IMG/VR virus record: IMGVR_UViG_3300008339_006649
Span: 1-63,217 of that record
DNA: 63,217 nt
Direction: 5' to 3' (one strand)
Origin: a virus
Taxonomy: Duplodnaviria; Caudoviricetes
Numbering within the stretch: the first letter of the stretch is position 1; each line of letters starts with the position of its first letter. The notes under the pieces were generated by a model. That model worked only from the letters and a program-made list of their open reading frames with translations. It did not search any database and was not told the origin of the DNA. Of the stretch, positions 49,288 through 60,152 are shown in pieces. A program made the position numbers and the translations under genes.

Positions 49288-52223
49288 TGGCTAATAAAAT
49301 ATTTTTTCCTCCTGGTGGTGTCAAAACATTTTCTGACAATTTAGTTGGTTTACAACTAACTGACGGTGGTGGGCTTACGCAAGGTAATTTTGAATTTACA
49401 ACGGCAATATATGAAAAATCTAATAGGAAGTTTGATACTGGTATATTTTCAGATTTTTACACATTAGATAATTTAAAAATAGATAATATTGAACAAGTTA
49501 AACGTGTAATACAAAAAAACTTTACAGTATATCCTAATTTTGATATTTCTGAAATAACAAGTTTTTCATTATATGGTTCACTAGCTAAAAGACTTTCGGC
49601 ATCGGCGATTAAAGTTATTAATAACTTTCCTGCTGGTTTAGAAATATTAAATAGACAAGTAAGTGGTTTATTTACAGGTGAGACGGCTTCAAATATTTCA
49701 TATGATTCAAAAAACGATGAAACCACTTTTGAAGTTAATACTTCTTTAATAAGAAACCCATTTGAAATAGATTATTCAGTAAATTCTGCCAGAAACATTC
49801 AGGTTAGGCCTTATCCTGTTAGTGCGTATAGGGACCTAACTAATAATTTTGAATCTTATTCTTTATATTTTTACAATTTTTTAGAAGAATATCCATTAAC
49901 GGATTTTGTCCCTACACAAACAATGTCTGGGGGAACACTAACATTCACTGTAAAAGGTGACCCATTTTCAGGTAGTAGTGCATCTACTAGAGTTTTAATT
50001 ATTAAACCAAATAATACTAAAACCGAAGAAATTTTTGACGAATCGTTTGATGAGGTTGAAGATTTTCTTTTAAATAGAAATATCAGTCCAAAATATACGG
50101 CTGTGTTTTCATATCCCGATTATGATTCTGATGGTAGATATACTCTATATAATAAATCAGTTACTTGGCCATTAAACCAATATTGGAACTTAGACATTAA
50201 TAGTTCTGCCTTTGATACGTATTTGGCTGAATTACAAAGAATTTCAGATATATTAGATACTTACAAAACAAATTTAATAAGTAGATTTTTAATCACGGGG
50301 GCTTTTAAAGAATTTGATACTTCTGACCAAAAAATTGAAAAAGTATTACAGATATATGGTAGGAGTTTTGATGAGGTTAAAAAGTTTATAGATGCTTTGG
50401 CAAATATGAACTCTGTGAATTACATTGTTGGAAACGACATACCATCACAATTATTATCTAACTTATCCGCAACTTTAGGTATTGACCCTAATATTTCACC
50501 AATTACAAATGAGTCTTTTCTAACTTCAGTTTTTAACCCTAATTCTAAACAAATTTATCCAGGTCAGAATAAACCTAACACTCCCGTTGAGTTAAATTAT
50601 GAGTACTATAGAAATTTAATATTGAACTCAGCATATATGTTTAAAACTAAGGGGACTAGAAAATCTTTAGAATATGTGATGAGATTTATTGGTGCTCCCG
50701 AAGCGTTACTTGAATTTAATGAGGTTATATATGTTGCTGACACAAAAGTAAACATGGATAAATTCGATGTTCAATACGCTAAAATATCTGGAGGAACGCA
50801 ATACATTGAATTACCCGCATTAGATAACACAAACACATTTAGTATTCAAGGTGTTACATATACTGGATACACTACAAACGGCTTTATTAGTAGAGTAGAA
50901 ACTACTTTAACTGACTATGGTATTGATTCTGATGGATACCCAATGAGTCCGACACCTACCGATACTAATTTTTATCAGACAGGTGCTGGTTGGTTTGAAC
51001 AGACACCTAAACATAGGTCTCCAGAAGTGGCTGATGATGCGAACTCTTCTTTTAACCCTAGTAACCCTTATTTAATTACTAGTTTAAAACCCTTTACGTT
51101 TGGTCAAGAATACATGGATAAATTTAGAAAGTTCCCAAATATGAATGTTGGGTATACTTTAACTAAAGTTTATGATAATCAAAAATCTTGGGCATCAAAC
51201 GACATCGGAAATAGAAAAGACGGGGTAAACACTAATGGGGTAAATTACACTGTAAGTGATGATAAATTAGTAATTAATTCAAAAAATATTGAATTATATA
51301 TGAATATGGGACAAGGTATCACTTATGATATTTGGGATATGTCTGTTAAATACGATTACCCAATACCGAATAGTGGATTAACTGCACCTTATCCATATCC
51401 TGGAAATGTTGATTGGACATTTATAAATCCAAAACCTAAGGAAAAAACATTCTTTGAATTTGCTCAAGATTTTTATAATAACTTTATCAATGTAAGAAAT
51501 AGGCAAACAATATTTGATGGTAAAACCGGAGGATACCCAACATTACAATCAGTATTTTGGAGATATTTACAATCTGAAGAAACTGTCGGGATTCCTTCTA
51601 ATAAGTTTACGTATCAAAAAATGATAGACTATACATTAGGTATAGGGGATTATTGGCAGAGATTATTGGAGCAAGTGGTTCCAGGAACAACTCTATGGTT
51701 AACGGGTCAAAAAATGGAAAATACCATTTTTCATAGACAAAAATTTGTATGGAGAAGACAAAGAGGATGTTCTTTCATACCTGTTACTTGTATACCTTGT
51801 AAATATAACGGACAACCATTCGCATACGACTGTATAGACCAAACTTTACAATGTCAGTTACAGGGAACCCCTTCTGATATGTTACAGAGTTTGTTAGGTA
51901 ACTTATTATTAACTAGTGGGTATACTCAAACACAGTGTGACTTAAATAGTATTGTATCTACTTGGTATGTTGATTGTAGATTAGACACCCAAGTCTTGGT
52001 TCAAGAACAATTTTATACGGGATATGGTTTAGGCGACGTACCAACACCCGCACAAGTATTATCAGCAATAGACCAAAAGTTAGAAACATTATACCAACAT
52101 GGACTTAATTATTATTTTGCAGGAAATACTTTAATTGTAAGTAATTCTACTTGCTACGATGACTTTACTAATAGTATTTTGTCATTAAATATTGGAATAA
52201 ACATTCAAATTAATTGTAACTAA
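49287..52223 (+). CDS. Baseplate wedge gp7/gpI-like protein
   Basis: YMFKTKGTRKSLEYVMRFIG motif typical of gp7/P2 gpI-like wedge proteins. Confidence 0.6.
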   Translation: MANKIFFPPGGVKTFSDNLVGLQLTDGGGLTQGNFEFTTAIYEKSNRKFDTGIFSDFYTLDNLKIDNIEQVKRVIQKNFTVYPNFDISEITSFSLYGSLAKRLSASAIKVINNFPAGLEILNRQVSGLFTGETASNISYDSKNDETTFEVNTSLIRNPFEIDYSVNSARNIQVRPYPVSAYRDLTNNFESYSLYFYNFLEEYPLTDFVPTQTMSGGTLTFTVKGDPFSGSSASTRVLIIKPNNTKTEEIFDESFDEVEDFLLNRNISPKYTAVFSYPDYDSDGRYTLYNKSVTWPLNQYWNLDINSSAFDTYLAELQRISDILDTYKTNLISRFLITGAFKEFDTSDQKIEKVLQIYGRSFDEVKKFIDALANMNSVNYIVGNDIPSQLLSNLSATLGIDPNISPITNESFLTSVFNPNSKQIYPGQNKPNTPVELNYEYYRNLILNSAYMFKTKGTRKSLEYVMRFIGAPEALLEFNEVIYVADTKVNMDKFDVQYAKISGGTQYIELPALDNTNTFSIQGVTYTGYTTNGFISRVETTLTDYGIDSDGYPMSPTPTDTNFYQTGAGWFEQTPKHRSPEVADDANSSFNPSNPYLITSLKPFTFGQEYMDKFRKFPNMNVGYTLTKVYDNQKSWASNDIGNRKDGVNTNGVNYTVSDDKLVINSKNIELYMNMGQGITYDIWDMSVKYDYPIPNSGLTAPYPYPGNVDWTFINPKPKEKTFFEFAQDFYNNFINVRNRQTIFDGKTGGYPTLQSVFWRYLQSEETVGIPSNKFTYQKMIDYTLGIGDYWQRLLEQVVPGTTLWLTGQKMENTIFHRQKFVWRRQRGCSFIPVTCIPCKYNGQPFAYDCIDQTLQCQLQGTPSDMLQSLLGNLLLTSGYTQTQCDLNSIVSTWYVDCRLDTQVLVQEQFYTGYGLGDVPTPAQVLSAIDQKLETLYQHGLNYYFAGNTLIVSNSTCYDDFTNSILSLNIGINIQINCN

Positions 52224-54517
52224 TGGCTTGTGTATCGGGATTAACTAATGGTGTTTATAGTTATGTTGATTGTTGTGGTGTAACAGTATACGGAGCTTCC
52301 GTTGGGGAGAGTATTTGTTTAGATGAAACATATACAGGTTCTTCTTACGGTGTTTATATTGCGACAGGACAAACTTGTTCACAAAATTGTATACAAGGAC
52401 CTTTAGATTATAGTTTTTCAGTTACTGGAACTTGTTCAGCAACAACAGGGTCCGTAATATTTTCCCCAACAGGTGGGGTTCCACCGTATACTATAGATAA
52501 TATAATACCTGGAACTGTTAGTGCTCAAACAAGTTCAAACCCAATAACTTTTACAGGTTTAACGGGTGGTACTTATGTTTTTAGATTAAATGACACACTA
52601 GGGTTACAAAACAACGAACTCTATATTAATGTGGCGATAACACCATGTTTTGAAGGTAGAGTTATTAATGCTAGTGGAACAACTTGTGGTGACAGTAATG
52701 GATTTTTACAAGTAAGTGCATCTACAACAGGTGCTCCTTACACAATTTTATTTTACCAAAATAATACATTATTAAGTGTAGATACAACAAATACATTACC
52801 TTATGATTATAATGGGTTATCTAGTGGTATATATTATGCAACAATCATAGATAATGGTGGTACTACTGCGAATACTGAAAATGCGGTTATAAGTGCTAGT
52901 ACTGACGTTAATTTTGGTTTTTGGAAAGTTAACACATCTAATTGTGTTTTAACTACGGGTAAATTAGCCGTTACAGGTATAACAGGTACCGGACCTTACA
53001 CATACCTTTGGAGTAACAATCAAACAACTCAAGTCATAACAGGATTAACTCAAGGAGTGTATTCTTGTACTGTTACCGATAGTTTGGGGTGTTCTACGAC
53101 TTTATCAGAAACCGTAGGTGTTGCTGACCCAATAGGGTTAGGACTTTTAACTGCCACACAACCTACTTGTTTTTCTTCTGATGGTGCACTTAATTTTGTT
53201 TTAACTGGCGGAACAGTACCTTTTTATTTTTCAGGTACGTCGGGTCAGGTGGGGTATACTTTATCTAATAATTTTTCACTAACGGGTTTATCTTCTGGTA
53301 TCTATAGTGTTTTGGTTAGAGATGCTAACTTTTGTGAGTATATTGTTAGTGGGTCATTAAGCCCAACAAATGGGTTTAGTGTGGTTAATACTAATGTAAC
53401 CAATTCTAATTGTAACCAACAAAACGGGTCAATTGGCGTTACAATTGCCGGATTAGGTGGATTCTACACTTATAGTTTATCGGGACAAACTAATGGGTTA
53501 GTTTATAATAATACTAGTCAAAACCAAACTTATACATTTAGTAATTTATCTAATGATACCTATAGTTTAACGATATCTGCGACAGGTACTAATTGTGTTT
53601 ATACGACAAATGTTAATGTATCATCTAATCAAAAATTTTCAATAAGTGCGTCAACAACAGGGTCAACTTGTGGACAATCAAATGGTAATGTGTTGGTAAC
53701 TGTAGGTACTGGATACACGTCACCTTTAGATTACGTATTAAGTAATGGTAATACCATTATAGACTCACCACTAAGTGCGATTACCTATAATAATTTACCT
53801 GCCGGTACATACACAATAACTGTTACCGATTATGATGGTTGTTCTGTTAGTTCAGGATTCACAGTTAATACAGGCGGGTCTTTAACCTCATCATTATCTA
53901 CGACAAATTGTACGGGTAGTAATGATGGGACCGCAAGTGTTGTTATATTTGCCGGCGAACCACCATTTACATATGTTTGGTCAGATGGACAAACAGGGTC
54001 AACTGCGTCAAGTTTATCTGCCGGCACATATTCAGTTGTTGTTACAGACGCATCAGGATGTACTAATACCCAATATGCGACAATAACTTGTTTAGGAACT
54101 AATGTCACATCTTATGAGTTATACACTATTTGTAAAAATACATTTACAACAACATCGGGTAATCAAAGAGGTATAAGTGAAATGTTAAACGAAGGATTTA
54201 TCGATATTACATCAGGTTATACCAATTGTATTTTTAATTCTGCCGAATTAACTTGTGAAATTACAATTAATGGTTCGGCATTTACTGAAACATTTTATAC
54301 CGCAACAACATTAAATGATATACCACAAGACACTCTTTGGCAATCAACAATTGAGGGTATTCTTTCAGGAATAACAGATATTGACACTTATCAAATAAAC
54401 TTAACGGATAACACACTAACCATAACATCAACTTGTAGTGGTGATTATGATCCGCTTTCCGATGCGGATTTTTCACTAGGTTTAAGTATTGTCTATGATG
54501 TAGTCTGTGGAGTATAA
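52223..54517 (+). CDS. SprB-repeat fibre/adhesin-like virion protein
   Basis: Repeated C...G...TGGxxPYTYxW...GLxxGxYxxxVTDxxGC units. Confidence 0.75.
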   Translation: MACVSGLTNGVYSYVDCCGVTVYGASVGESICLDETYTGSSYGVYIATGQTCSQNCIQGPLDYSFSVTGTCSATTGSVIFSPTGGVPPYTIDNIIPGTVSAQTSSNPITFTGLTGGTYVFRLNDTLGLQNNELYINVAITPCFEGRVINASGTTCGDSNGFLQVSASTTGAPYTILFYQNNTLLSVDTTNTLPYDYNGLSSGIYYATIIDNGGTTANTENAVISASTDVNFGFWKVNTSNCVLTTGKLAVTGITGTGPYTYLWSNNQTTQVITGLTQGVYSCTVTDSLGCSTTLSETVGVADPIGLGLLTATQPTCFSSDGALNFVLTGGTVPFYFSGTSGQVGYTLSNNFSLTGLSSGIYSVLVRDANFCEYIVSGSLSPTNGFSVVNTNVTNSNCNQQNGSIGVTIAGLGGFYTYSLSGQTNGLVYNNTSQNQTYTFSNLSNDTYSLTISATGTNCVYTTNVNVSSNQKFSISASTTGSTCGQSNGNVLVTVGTGYTSPLDYVLSNGNTIIDSPLSAITYNNLPAGTYTITVTDYDGCSVSSGFTVNTGGSLTSSLSTTNCTGSNDGTASVVIFAGEPPFTYVWSDGQTGSTASSLSAGTYSVVVTDASGCTNTQYATITCLGTNVTSYELYTICKNTFTTTSGNQRGISEMLNEGFIDITSGYTNCIFNSAELTCEITINGSAFTETFYTATTLNDIPQDTLWQSTIEGILSGITDIDTYQINLTDNTLTITSTCSGDYDPLSDADFSLGLSIVYDVVCGV

Positions 54518-54795
54518 TGCCATACCAAGTAACAATATCAGGAATTACAGGAGGAACTCCACCATATACTTTATATGTTTGTGATGAATATGGTAATAAT
54601 TGTCAATTACTAGGGTCAACAGGAGGAACATTTGTACTATCATCACTATTTCAAACGGCAGATACTTTGATGTTCAAAATTGTTGATTCCACTTTATGTG
54701 AATATTTTGAAATAGTAAGTTGCCCTCCTGAGTATTTATTACAAGAGAACGGATTTTATATATTACAAGAAGACGGTTTTAGAATATATTTATAA
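54517..54795 (+). CDS. Small Cys-containing adaptor-like protein
   Basis: GGTPPYTLYVCD..C...KIVD..C, ending LLQENGFYILQEDG; paralogous to 55599 and 59840. Confidence 0.6.
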   Translation: MPYQVTISGITGGTPPYTLYVCDEYGNNCQLLGSTGGTFVLSSLFQTADTLMFKIVDSTLCEYFEIVSCPPEYLLQENGFYILQEDGFRIYL

Positions 54796-54797
54796 TT

Positions 54798-55592
54798 ATG
54801 GATTTAAGAATTTCACAACTACCTTTTGTCACTTCAGGGGCACCAAATTCAATACTAGCTATTGTAGATTATAGTAGTGCCACAACTGGTGTAACAAGTG
54901 CAATTTATTTTTCATCTGTCACCGCAAATCTTTCAGGGGCAACTGGAACATCAGGAACTAACGGTACTTCTGGTACAAACGGAACATCAGGAACCAATGG
55001 TACTTCTGGCACAAACGGAACATCGGGAACTAACGGTACTAGTGGTAGTTCGGGAACCTCACCAACAAGTCCATACTCTTATGTGTATGGATTATACACA
55101 CAGACAGGTAATTCTACTACCGTTTCTGGAACAACAAGTGAAACCACTATAGTTGGAGAGGGTAGTGGTACGTTAAATGTGCCGGCAAATGGGTTTACCG
55201 CAGGTAGTTCTTTTAGCGCACTGATGGTTGGTCACATGGGAGCCAACAACAACGATGATTTAACTATTAGAATAAAGACTAATTCAGTTACTTTAGCGAG
55301 TATTGGACCAATGAATTTATCTTCGGCAACTAATAAACATTTTAAATTGGATGTGTATTTTACAATAAGGACAACAGGCACTACTGGTGTTGCATCCATA
55401 ATGACAGGAGGAAATTTTGAATACTCTAAGGACGCAAGTTCTGCGTTTGAACAATTCAATTTTACAGAACTCAATAATACTACATTTGATACAACAATTT
55501 CAAATACATTAAATATTACCGCTCAGTTTGATAGCACTAATGCTTCCAATATGATATATTCAGAATTATTTTTTCTAAATAAAGTTTATTAA
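54798..55592 (+). CDS. Short fibre with collagen-like (G-T-S/N)n stalk
   Basis: [10 protein letters not shown]-terminus, [15 protein letters not shown]... triplets and a beta-rich C-terminal domain. Confidence 0.65.
   Translation: MDLRISQLPFVTSGAPNSILAIVDYSSATTGVTSAIYFSSVTANLSGATGTSGTNGTSGTNGTSGTNGTSGTNGTSGTNGTSGSSGTSPTSPYSYVYGLYTQTGNSTTVSGTTSETTIVGEGSGTLNVPANGFTAGSSFSALMVGHMGANNNDDLTIRIKTNSVTLASIGPMNLSSATNKHFKLDVYFTIRTTGTTGVASIMTGGNFEYSKDASSAFEQFNFTELNNTTFDTTISNTLNITAQFDSTNASNMIYSELFFLNKVY
54945..55046 (+). repeat. 36-bp tandem repeat (about 2.8 copies) encoding GTSGTN
   Basis: GGAACATCAGGAACTAACGGTACTTCTGGTACAAAC and two variants. Confidence 0.85.
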
Positions 55593-55598
55593 ATATTT

Positions 55599-56117
55599 AT
55601 GATTTTAGATATTACAGGAGTTACGAGTGGTACAAGTCCATATGATATATTTTTATGTACATGGGATTTGAATAATTGTTTTTTTGTATCGGGAAGTACT
55701 TCAATACCACCAACTATTCAAATAGATTCTGATAATTTTTTTCCAAATGAGGACTTACTTCAATTAAAAATTATAGATGGAAACGGATGTATATTTACAG
55801 AACCATTACCCTGCACCACAACACCTACTCCAACACCTACTCCAACACCTACTCCAACACCTACACCAACTCCAACACCTACACCAACCCCCACACCAAC
55901 TCCTACACCAACTCCTGCTTGTATTTATTATTCAATTACGAATACTTTTGATGGGTTTTTAGAGATTACGTTTACAGGTTGTTGTGCGGAAATTAATGGG
56001 TCACCTTATGGGTTAGCACCACTTTCAACACTTAGAGTTTGTTCATCAACTTATCCGACCACTAGTAATATTTCGGCAACATCAATATCTTCAATAGGAA
56101 ATTGCCCTTCTTGTTAA
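55599..56117 (+). CDS. Cys-rich protein with (Thr-Pro)16 mucin-like linker
   Basis: Adaptor-like N domain, TP tract at 55821-55916 and Cys-rich C module. Confidence 0.75.
   Translation: MILDITGVTSGTSPYDIFLCTWDLNNCFFVSGSTSIPPTIQIDSDNFFPNEDLLQLKIIDGNGCIFTEPLPCTTTPTPTPTPTPTPTPTPTPTPTPTPTPTPTPTPACIYYSITNTFDGFLEITFTGCCAEINGSPYGLAPLSTLRVCSSTYPTTSNISATSISSIGNCPSC
55821..55916 (+). repeat. ACN-CCN hexamer repeat encoding (TP)16
   Basis: ACACCTACTCCA x3 followed by synonymous variants. Confidence 0.9.
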
Positions 56118-56125
56118 AAAAACTA

Positions 56126-56153
56126 TTGTTTTTTATTTTAATGAGTTTATCAT
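56126..56153 (+). promoter_or_regulatory. Putative early/middle promoter for the glycosyltransferase pair
   Basis: TTGTTT-N16-TATCAT (TTG-N19-TA); no TATTTAT motif in this gap. Confidence 0.4.
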
Positions 56154-56169
56154 CTTAAAAAAACAAGAA

Positions 56170-57366
56170 ATGAAAATATTTGTTCAAATTGCGTCTTACC
56201 GAGACCCAGAACTACTCCCAACTATCAGGGATTGTATTAATAAGGCAAAATATCCTGAAAATTTAACATTTGGAATTTGTTGGCAACACGATGAAACGGA
56301 ATCGATGGAGGAATTCCAATACGACGAAAGATTTAAAATATTAGATTACCATTGGAGTTTGAGTAAAGGTCTTTGTTGGGCTCGTTCTGAAATTCAAAAA
56401 TTATGGAATAAAGAAGAATATACATTACAATTAGATTCACATCACAGATTTTTACAAGATTGGGACGTTGAATTAATTCAAATGATGAATCAAACAGGTT
56501 CTGAAAAACCACTTATAACTTCATATGCTGGTATGTATAGGCCAAAAACTAATGAGATATTAAATGTTGAGCCATATAAAATGGTTGCATCAAATTTTAC
56601 ACCAGGAGGTACTATACTTTTTAGACCCCATACAATACCAAATTGGCAAAACTTAGATAAACCAATACCTGCTAGGTTTGTTAGTGGGCATTTCTTTTTT
56701 ACTGTAGGGATACACTGTGAAGAATATAAATATGACCCAAATTTATACTTTGCGGGGGATGAAATTAGTTTATCGATTAGGTCTTTTACTTTGGGTTATG
56801 ACTTATTTCACCCACATAAAACTGTGGTATGGCACGAATACACTAGAGAAGGTAGAACAAAACATTGGACAGACTTTAACGATGAAAATAAAAACAATGG
56901 TATTGTTGAAAAACAATGGTGGGAGATGGATAATGAATCTAAAAGAAGACTAAGACACATGTTACAAGAGGAGGACAATAAAATTGACCTTGGTATTTAT
57001 GGGTTAGGTAATATTAGGACTCATAGGGACTATGAAATATATGCCGGAATTAATTTTAAAGAAAGGAGATTACATGATGATACATTAAGAGGTATTGACC
57101 CACCTGTTGGTGATGAAACTGAGTGGTTCCTAAAACAAAAACAAAGATTTGATTATACTTTAGATATACCAAAAACAGAAGATTTTAATTTTATTTACAT
57201 AGGTATAGAAGATAAAGATGGTATAGTTATTCACAGACAGGATTTGATGACCTACCAAAATAAACTAAACGTTTCTATTGAATCGTATGAAAAACCACAT
57301 AAATGGGTTTATTGGGTTAATCATAAAAACGGAGAATGGGGACAAAGAATAGATACAATATTATGA
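56170..57366 (+). CDS. GT60-like polypeptide/hydroxyproline alpha-GlcNAc transferase (GlcNAc family)
   Basis: KIFVQIASYRDPEL, SKGLCWAR, YTLQLDSHHRF..WD (DxH), SGHFFF, YDPNLYFAGDEISLSIR.FT.GYDLFHP...VWHEY. Confidence 0.85.
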   Translation: MKIFVQIASYRDPELLPTIRDCINKAKYPENLTFGICWQHDETESMEEFQYDERFKILDYHWSLSKGLCWARSEIQKLWNKEEYTLQLDSHHRFLQDWDVELIQMMNQTGSEKPLITSYAGMYRPKTNEILNVEPYKMVASNFTPGGTILFRPHTIPNWQNLDKPIPARFVSGHFFFTVGIHCEEYKYDPNLYFAGDEISLSIRSFTLGYDLFHPHKTVVWHEYTREGRTKHWTDFNDENKNNGIVEKQWWEMDNESKRRLRHMLQEEDNKIDLGIYGLGNIRTHRDYEIYAGINFKERRLHDDTLRGIDPPVGDETEWFLKQKQRFDYTLDIPKTEDFNFIYIGIEDKDGIVIHRQDLMTYQNKLNVSIESYEKPHKWVYWVNHKNGEWGQRIDTIL

Positions 57367-58160
57367 AAATAGGAGCATTCTACCAATCAGGATATAAATT
57401 AGTTGCGTGTTATAAGGCATTAGAACAATTAAGAAAAATATACCCCGACATTCCTGTTGCATTATATGAAGATGGTTCAGATGTACTTGAACCTGTCGCT
57501 AAAAAATTTAATTGTGACTATAAAAAGACAGATATAACCGGTCAAAATTTGAGACATTCAGGAAGACCTGTTGTTGGTATCGAAAGCAATTTAGCATGGT
57601 TAAAAAGAATATATGACGCATGTTTAACAACATTAAAAGATGTTGAATGGGTAATACATTATGAAGATGATGTGTGGTGTAGATTTGAAATTACAAGACC
57701 ACCAAGATTCACAATTGCTGGAGCGAATGGGCCATTATATACTCCTGAACTTTACAAGTACCTTAAAGAAAGATTTGACATTAAAGACGAATCAAGAGGA
57801 CATTGGAGTCATTTGGGTTCTTTACAAAGTTATGGTGGTTGTGGAGGAACTATTTTTAACAGACTCGCATTCATTGATGTTTATAATAGATTACATGAAA
57901 TTGATTGGGAAAAAATTAAAGAATTAGACTCTAGACCAATAGAATGGTCAGATGCTAGTTTGTCATTTGTATTCCAACATGCCGGATACACTAGTGGTAT
58001 ATGGGATGATTGGGCGCAATACGATAGTAAAAATCAAGGTAATTGGTGGGATAAAACAGGTTGGTCCATACCAATGGAAGAACAAAGAGATGTTGCTTTT
58101 ATTCACTTATATAAACACTTTTATAATTATGAACCTGATGATATTGAACTCGATTTATAA
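57363..58160 (+). CDS. Second GT-A fold glycosyltransferase
   Basis: LRKIYPDIPVALYEDG, WVIHYEDDVW (DxD-like), GCGGTIFNR, WSDASLS, IHLYK. ATG at 57363 overlaps the previous TGA (ATGA). Confidence 0.65.
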   Translation: MKIGAFYQSGYKLVACYKALEQLRKIYPDIPVALYEDGSDVLEPVAKKFNCDYKKTDITGQNLRHSGRPVVGIESNLAWLKRIYDACLTTLKDVEWVIHYEDDVWCRFEITRPPRFTIAGANGPLYTPELYKYLKERFDIKDESRGHWSHLGSLQSYGGCGGTIFNRLAFIDVYNRLHEIDWEKIKELDSRPIEWSDASLSFVFQHAGYTSGIWDDWAQYDSKNQGNWWDKTGWSIPMEEQRDVAFIHLYKHFYNYEPDDIELDL

Positions 58161-58215
58161 AATAAACATCAATAAAATAAACTTTGGATTATTTATATAA
58201 TAAAGTTATTTCTGA

Positions 58216-59835
58216 ATGGCAAATGTAGTTTTAAGTAGTTGTTGTTATAACTATGTGTATAGTGCGACAGGGTGGTCTTATTCGTCAACCGTAGGGTTAG
58301 GATTTGAGGTTACGGGCGATACTAATATCATAGATGGTTGTTATACTATTGTTAGCGGTGTAACAGGTACTACTGTTGCTTTTGATGGTACAGCGACCAC
58401 AAATGCTGGTTGTGGTGCGGATTGTTTATCTTTTTGTTGTTCAGATACTTTATGTTTAAATATTCAAAACAATATATATTCAGGTTATAGTGGTGATTAT
58501 AACTTTTTAGGTTCATATAATGGGTACCCTTATTGGACTGGTGGTACGTCAAATACAGGATACATTTATTATAATAACACATTTTGGTGTTTGAGTAATA
58601 CGTTAGGTGGTACTTGTTATTTTTTTGGGTCTAACCCCACGTCGGCAATTTGTCCTGATTTAGATGAAACAATATTATCATCAGGAGTATGTGTACCAGC
58701 ACCTACACCTACCGATCCTTGCTCTATTTTAGACTTTGATGTGTTGTTGGAGTGTGAAATACCAACCCCTACACCAACGCCTACACCTACCCCTACACCA
58801 ACTCCAACTCCTACCCCTACACCAACTGCGAATTTGTGTAGTGGATTTACCGCTGATATAACAACATCTGATATTACCCCTACACCTACACCTACACCAA
58901 CCCCTACACCTACACCAACTCCGACGGTAACACCATCGGCAGATACTGTTACATTTGTTGTTGATAGTGGAAACTTTGTATGTGCAACGGTTAAAGAATT
59001 GGTTGATTGTAATACCGGTGAAAGATATTATGTTAGTGGGGCGTTGTTATTAACAGGGTCAACAGCCACTACCGTTACGACTACAGGTACAACTATATAC
59101 GGATTAATAAATAATGAACTTGCTTGTGCTACATATACACAAGACATAAATGGAGGAAGTCCAAATGCGATTGTTACATATATAGTGTCAGCATACACAG
59201 GAAGTTGTTCAGTACTTTGTGTAACACCAACACCTACACCAACACCAACACCTACACCTACACCAACACCAACACCTACACCAACTCCAACTATATCATA
59301 TTCGGCAGGAACTTCATTCGTATTTACTTCTTGTACTTCAAATAGTATGATAATACAAACGGCTTATCCTCCAACAAACATTGCGGTTGGAGATATATTA
59401 AGAATCGTTACAGGGTCAACATCTGGTTATACAAGTTATTGTTACGAATATGTGGGTAATTTTGTTAATTATGTTGCACCAGGAGGATTCATAACATCAA
59501 CACAAGACACGTTTACGGCCACAACCGCTACAACATATACGTCTTGTTTAACATGTCTACAAGTGGAACCATTAGTCGATACATTTACAACTTGGATAGG
59601 TAAAGGTGCTTATTCAGTTAACTGTCCTGTTTGTCAATTAACAAACTTTGGTACTCAAGTAATATTCTACACCCAACCTTCTGTTAATCAACTACAGAAT
59701 GGAGTGACAGTATATAATAACTCATCATTATTATATCCATTAACTGTGGATTATATTAAACATGGTAATAAGATTTATAGTGTAGATAATAATGGAGTGA
59801 TAACAGAATTTTGTACAGTAAACGGAAATTGTTAA
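58216..59835 (+). CDS. Multi-module Cys-rich virion protein with three Pro-Thr tracts
   Basis: PT tracts at 58762-58827, 58876-58926 and 59224-59292 separate Cys-rich modules; TATTTATA at 58190-58197. Confidence 0.75.
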   Translation: MANVVLSSCCYNYVYSATGWSYSSTVGLGFEVTGDTNIIDGCYTIVSGVTGTTVAFDGTATTNAGCGADCLSFCCSDTLCLNIQNNIYSGYSGDYNFLGSYNGYPYWTGGTSNTGYIYYNNTFWCLSNTLGGTCYFFGSNPTSAICPDLDETILSSGVCVPAPTPTDPCSILDFDVLLECEIPTPTPTPTPTPTPTPTPTPTPTANLCSGFTADITTSDITPTPTPTPTPTPTPTPTVTPSADTVTFVVDSGNFVCATVKELVDCNTGERYYVSGALLLTGSTATTVTTTGTTIYGLINNELACATYTQDINGGSPNAIVTYIVSAYTGSCSVLCVTPTPTPTPTPTPTPTPTPTPTPTISYSAGTSFVFTSCTSNSMIIQTAYPPTNIAVGDILRIVTGSTSGYTSYCYEYVGNFVNYVAPGGFITSTQDTFTATTATTYTSCLTCLQVEPLVDTFTTWIGKGAYSVNCPVCQLTNFGTQVIFYTQPSVNQLQNGVTVYNNSSLLYPLTVDYIKHGNKIYSVDNNGVITEFCTVNGNC

Positions 59836-59839
59836 AAAT

Positions 59840-60127
59840 ATGCCAACACAAATAACAGTAAATACAATATCAGGAGGATCAAGTCCATACGACATTTGGG
59901 TTTGTGATGGTTGTGGTACGTCAGGTACGTGTCAGTATATCGCAACAATAACCACATTACCATATAGTTTTACACTACCGGCAATTTTTGAAACATACAC
60001 AACATATGTTGTTAAAATAATAGATAATAATGGGTGTGAGTATTGTGATAGTAATTGTGGGTATAAACTGTTCCAAGACGGGGATTGTTTTGAATTCATG
60101 GACGGAACACCATATGAATTTCAATAA
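59840..60127 (+). CDS. Small Cys-containing adaptor-like protein
   Basis: GGSSPYDIWVCD...C...KIIDNNGC, ending LFQDGDCFEFMDG. Confidence 0.6.
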   Translation: MPTQITVNTISGGSSPYDIWVCDGCGTSGTCQYIATITTLPYSFTLPAIFETYTTYVVKIIDNNGCEYCDSNCGYKLFQDGDCFEFMDGTPYEFQ

Positions 60128-60152
60128 ACTTTGATATATATAAAATAAAGAA

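Noticed and set aside
55594-55601. TATTTAT copy before ORF 55599
   Set aside because: It overlaps the ATG itself and may be a chance match in AT-rich DNA, so it was not counted as a promoter.
395-58160. Eukaryotic giant virus origin (SNF2, eukaryote-like RNR, GT60, SOD)
   Set aside because: Sheath, tube and baseplate genes, bacterial-style terminators and overlapping operons indicate a tailed bacteriophage.
54945-59292. Tandem repeats as a possible CRISPR array or DGR template
   Set aside because: The repeats are in-frame coding (TP, GTSGTN) with synonymous variation, have no unique spacers, and no cas or reverse transcriptase gene is present.
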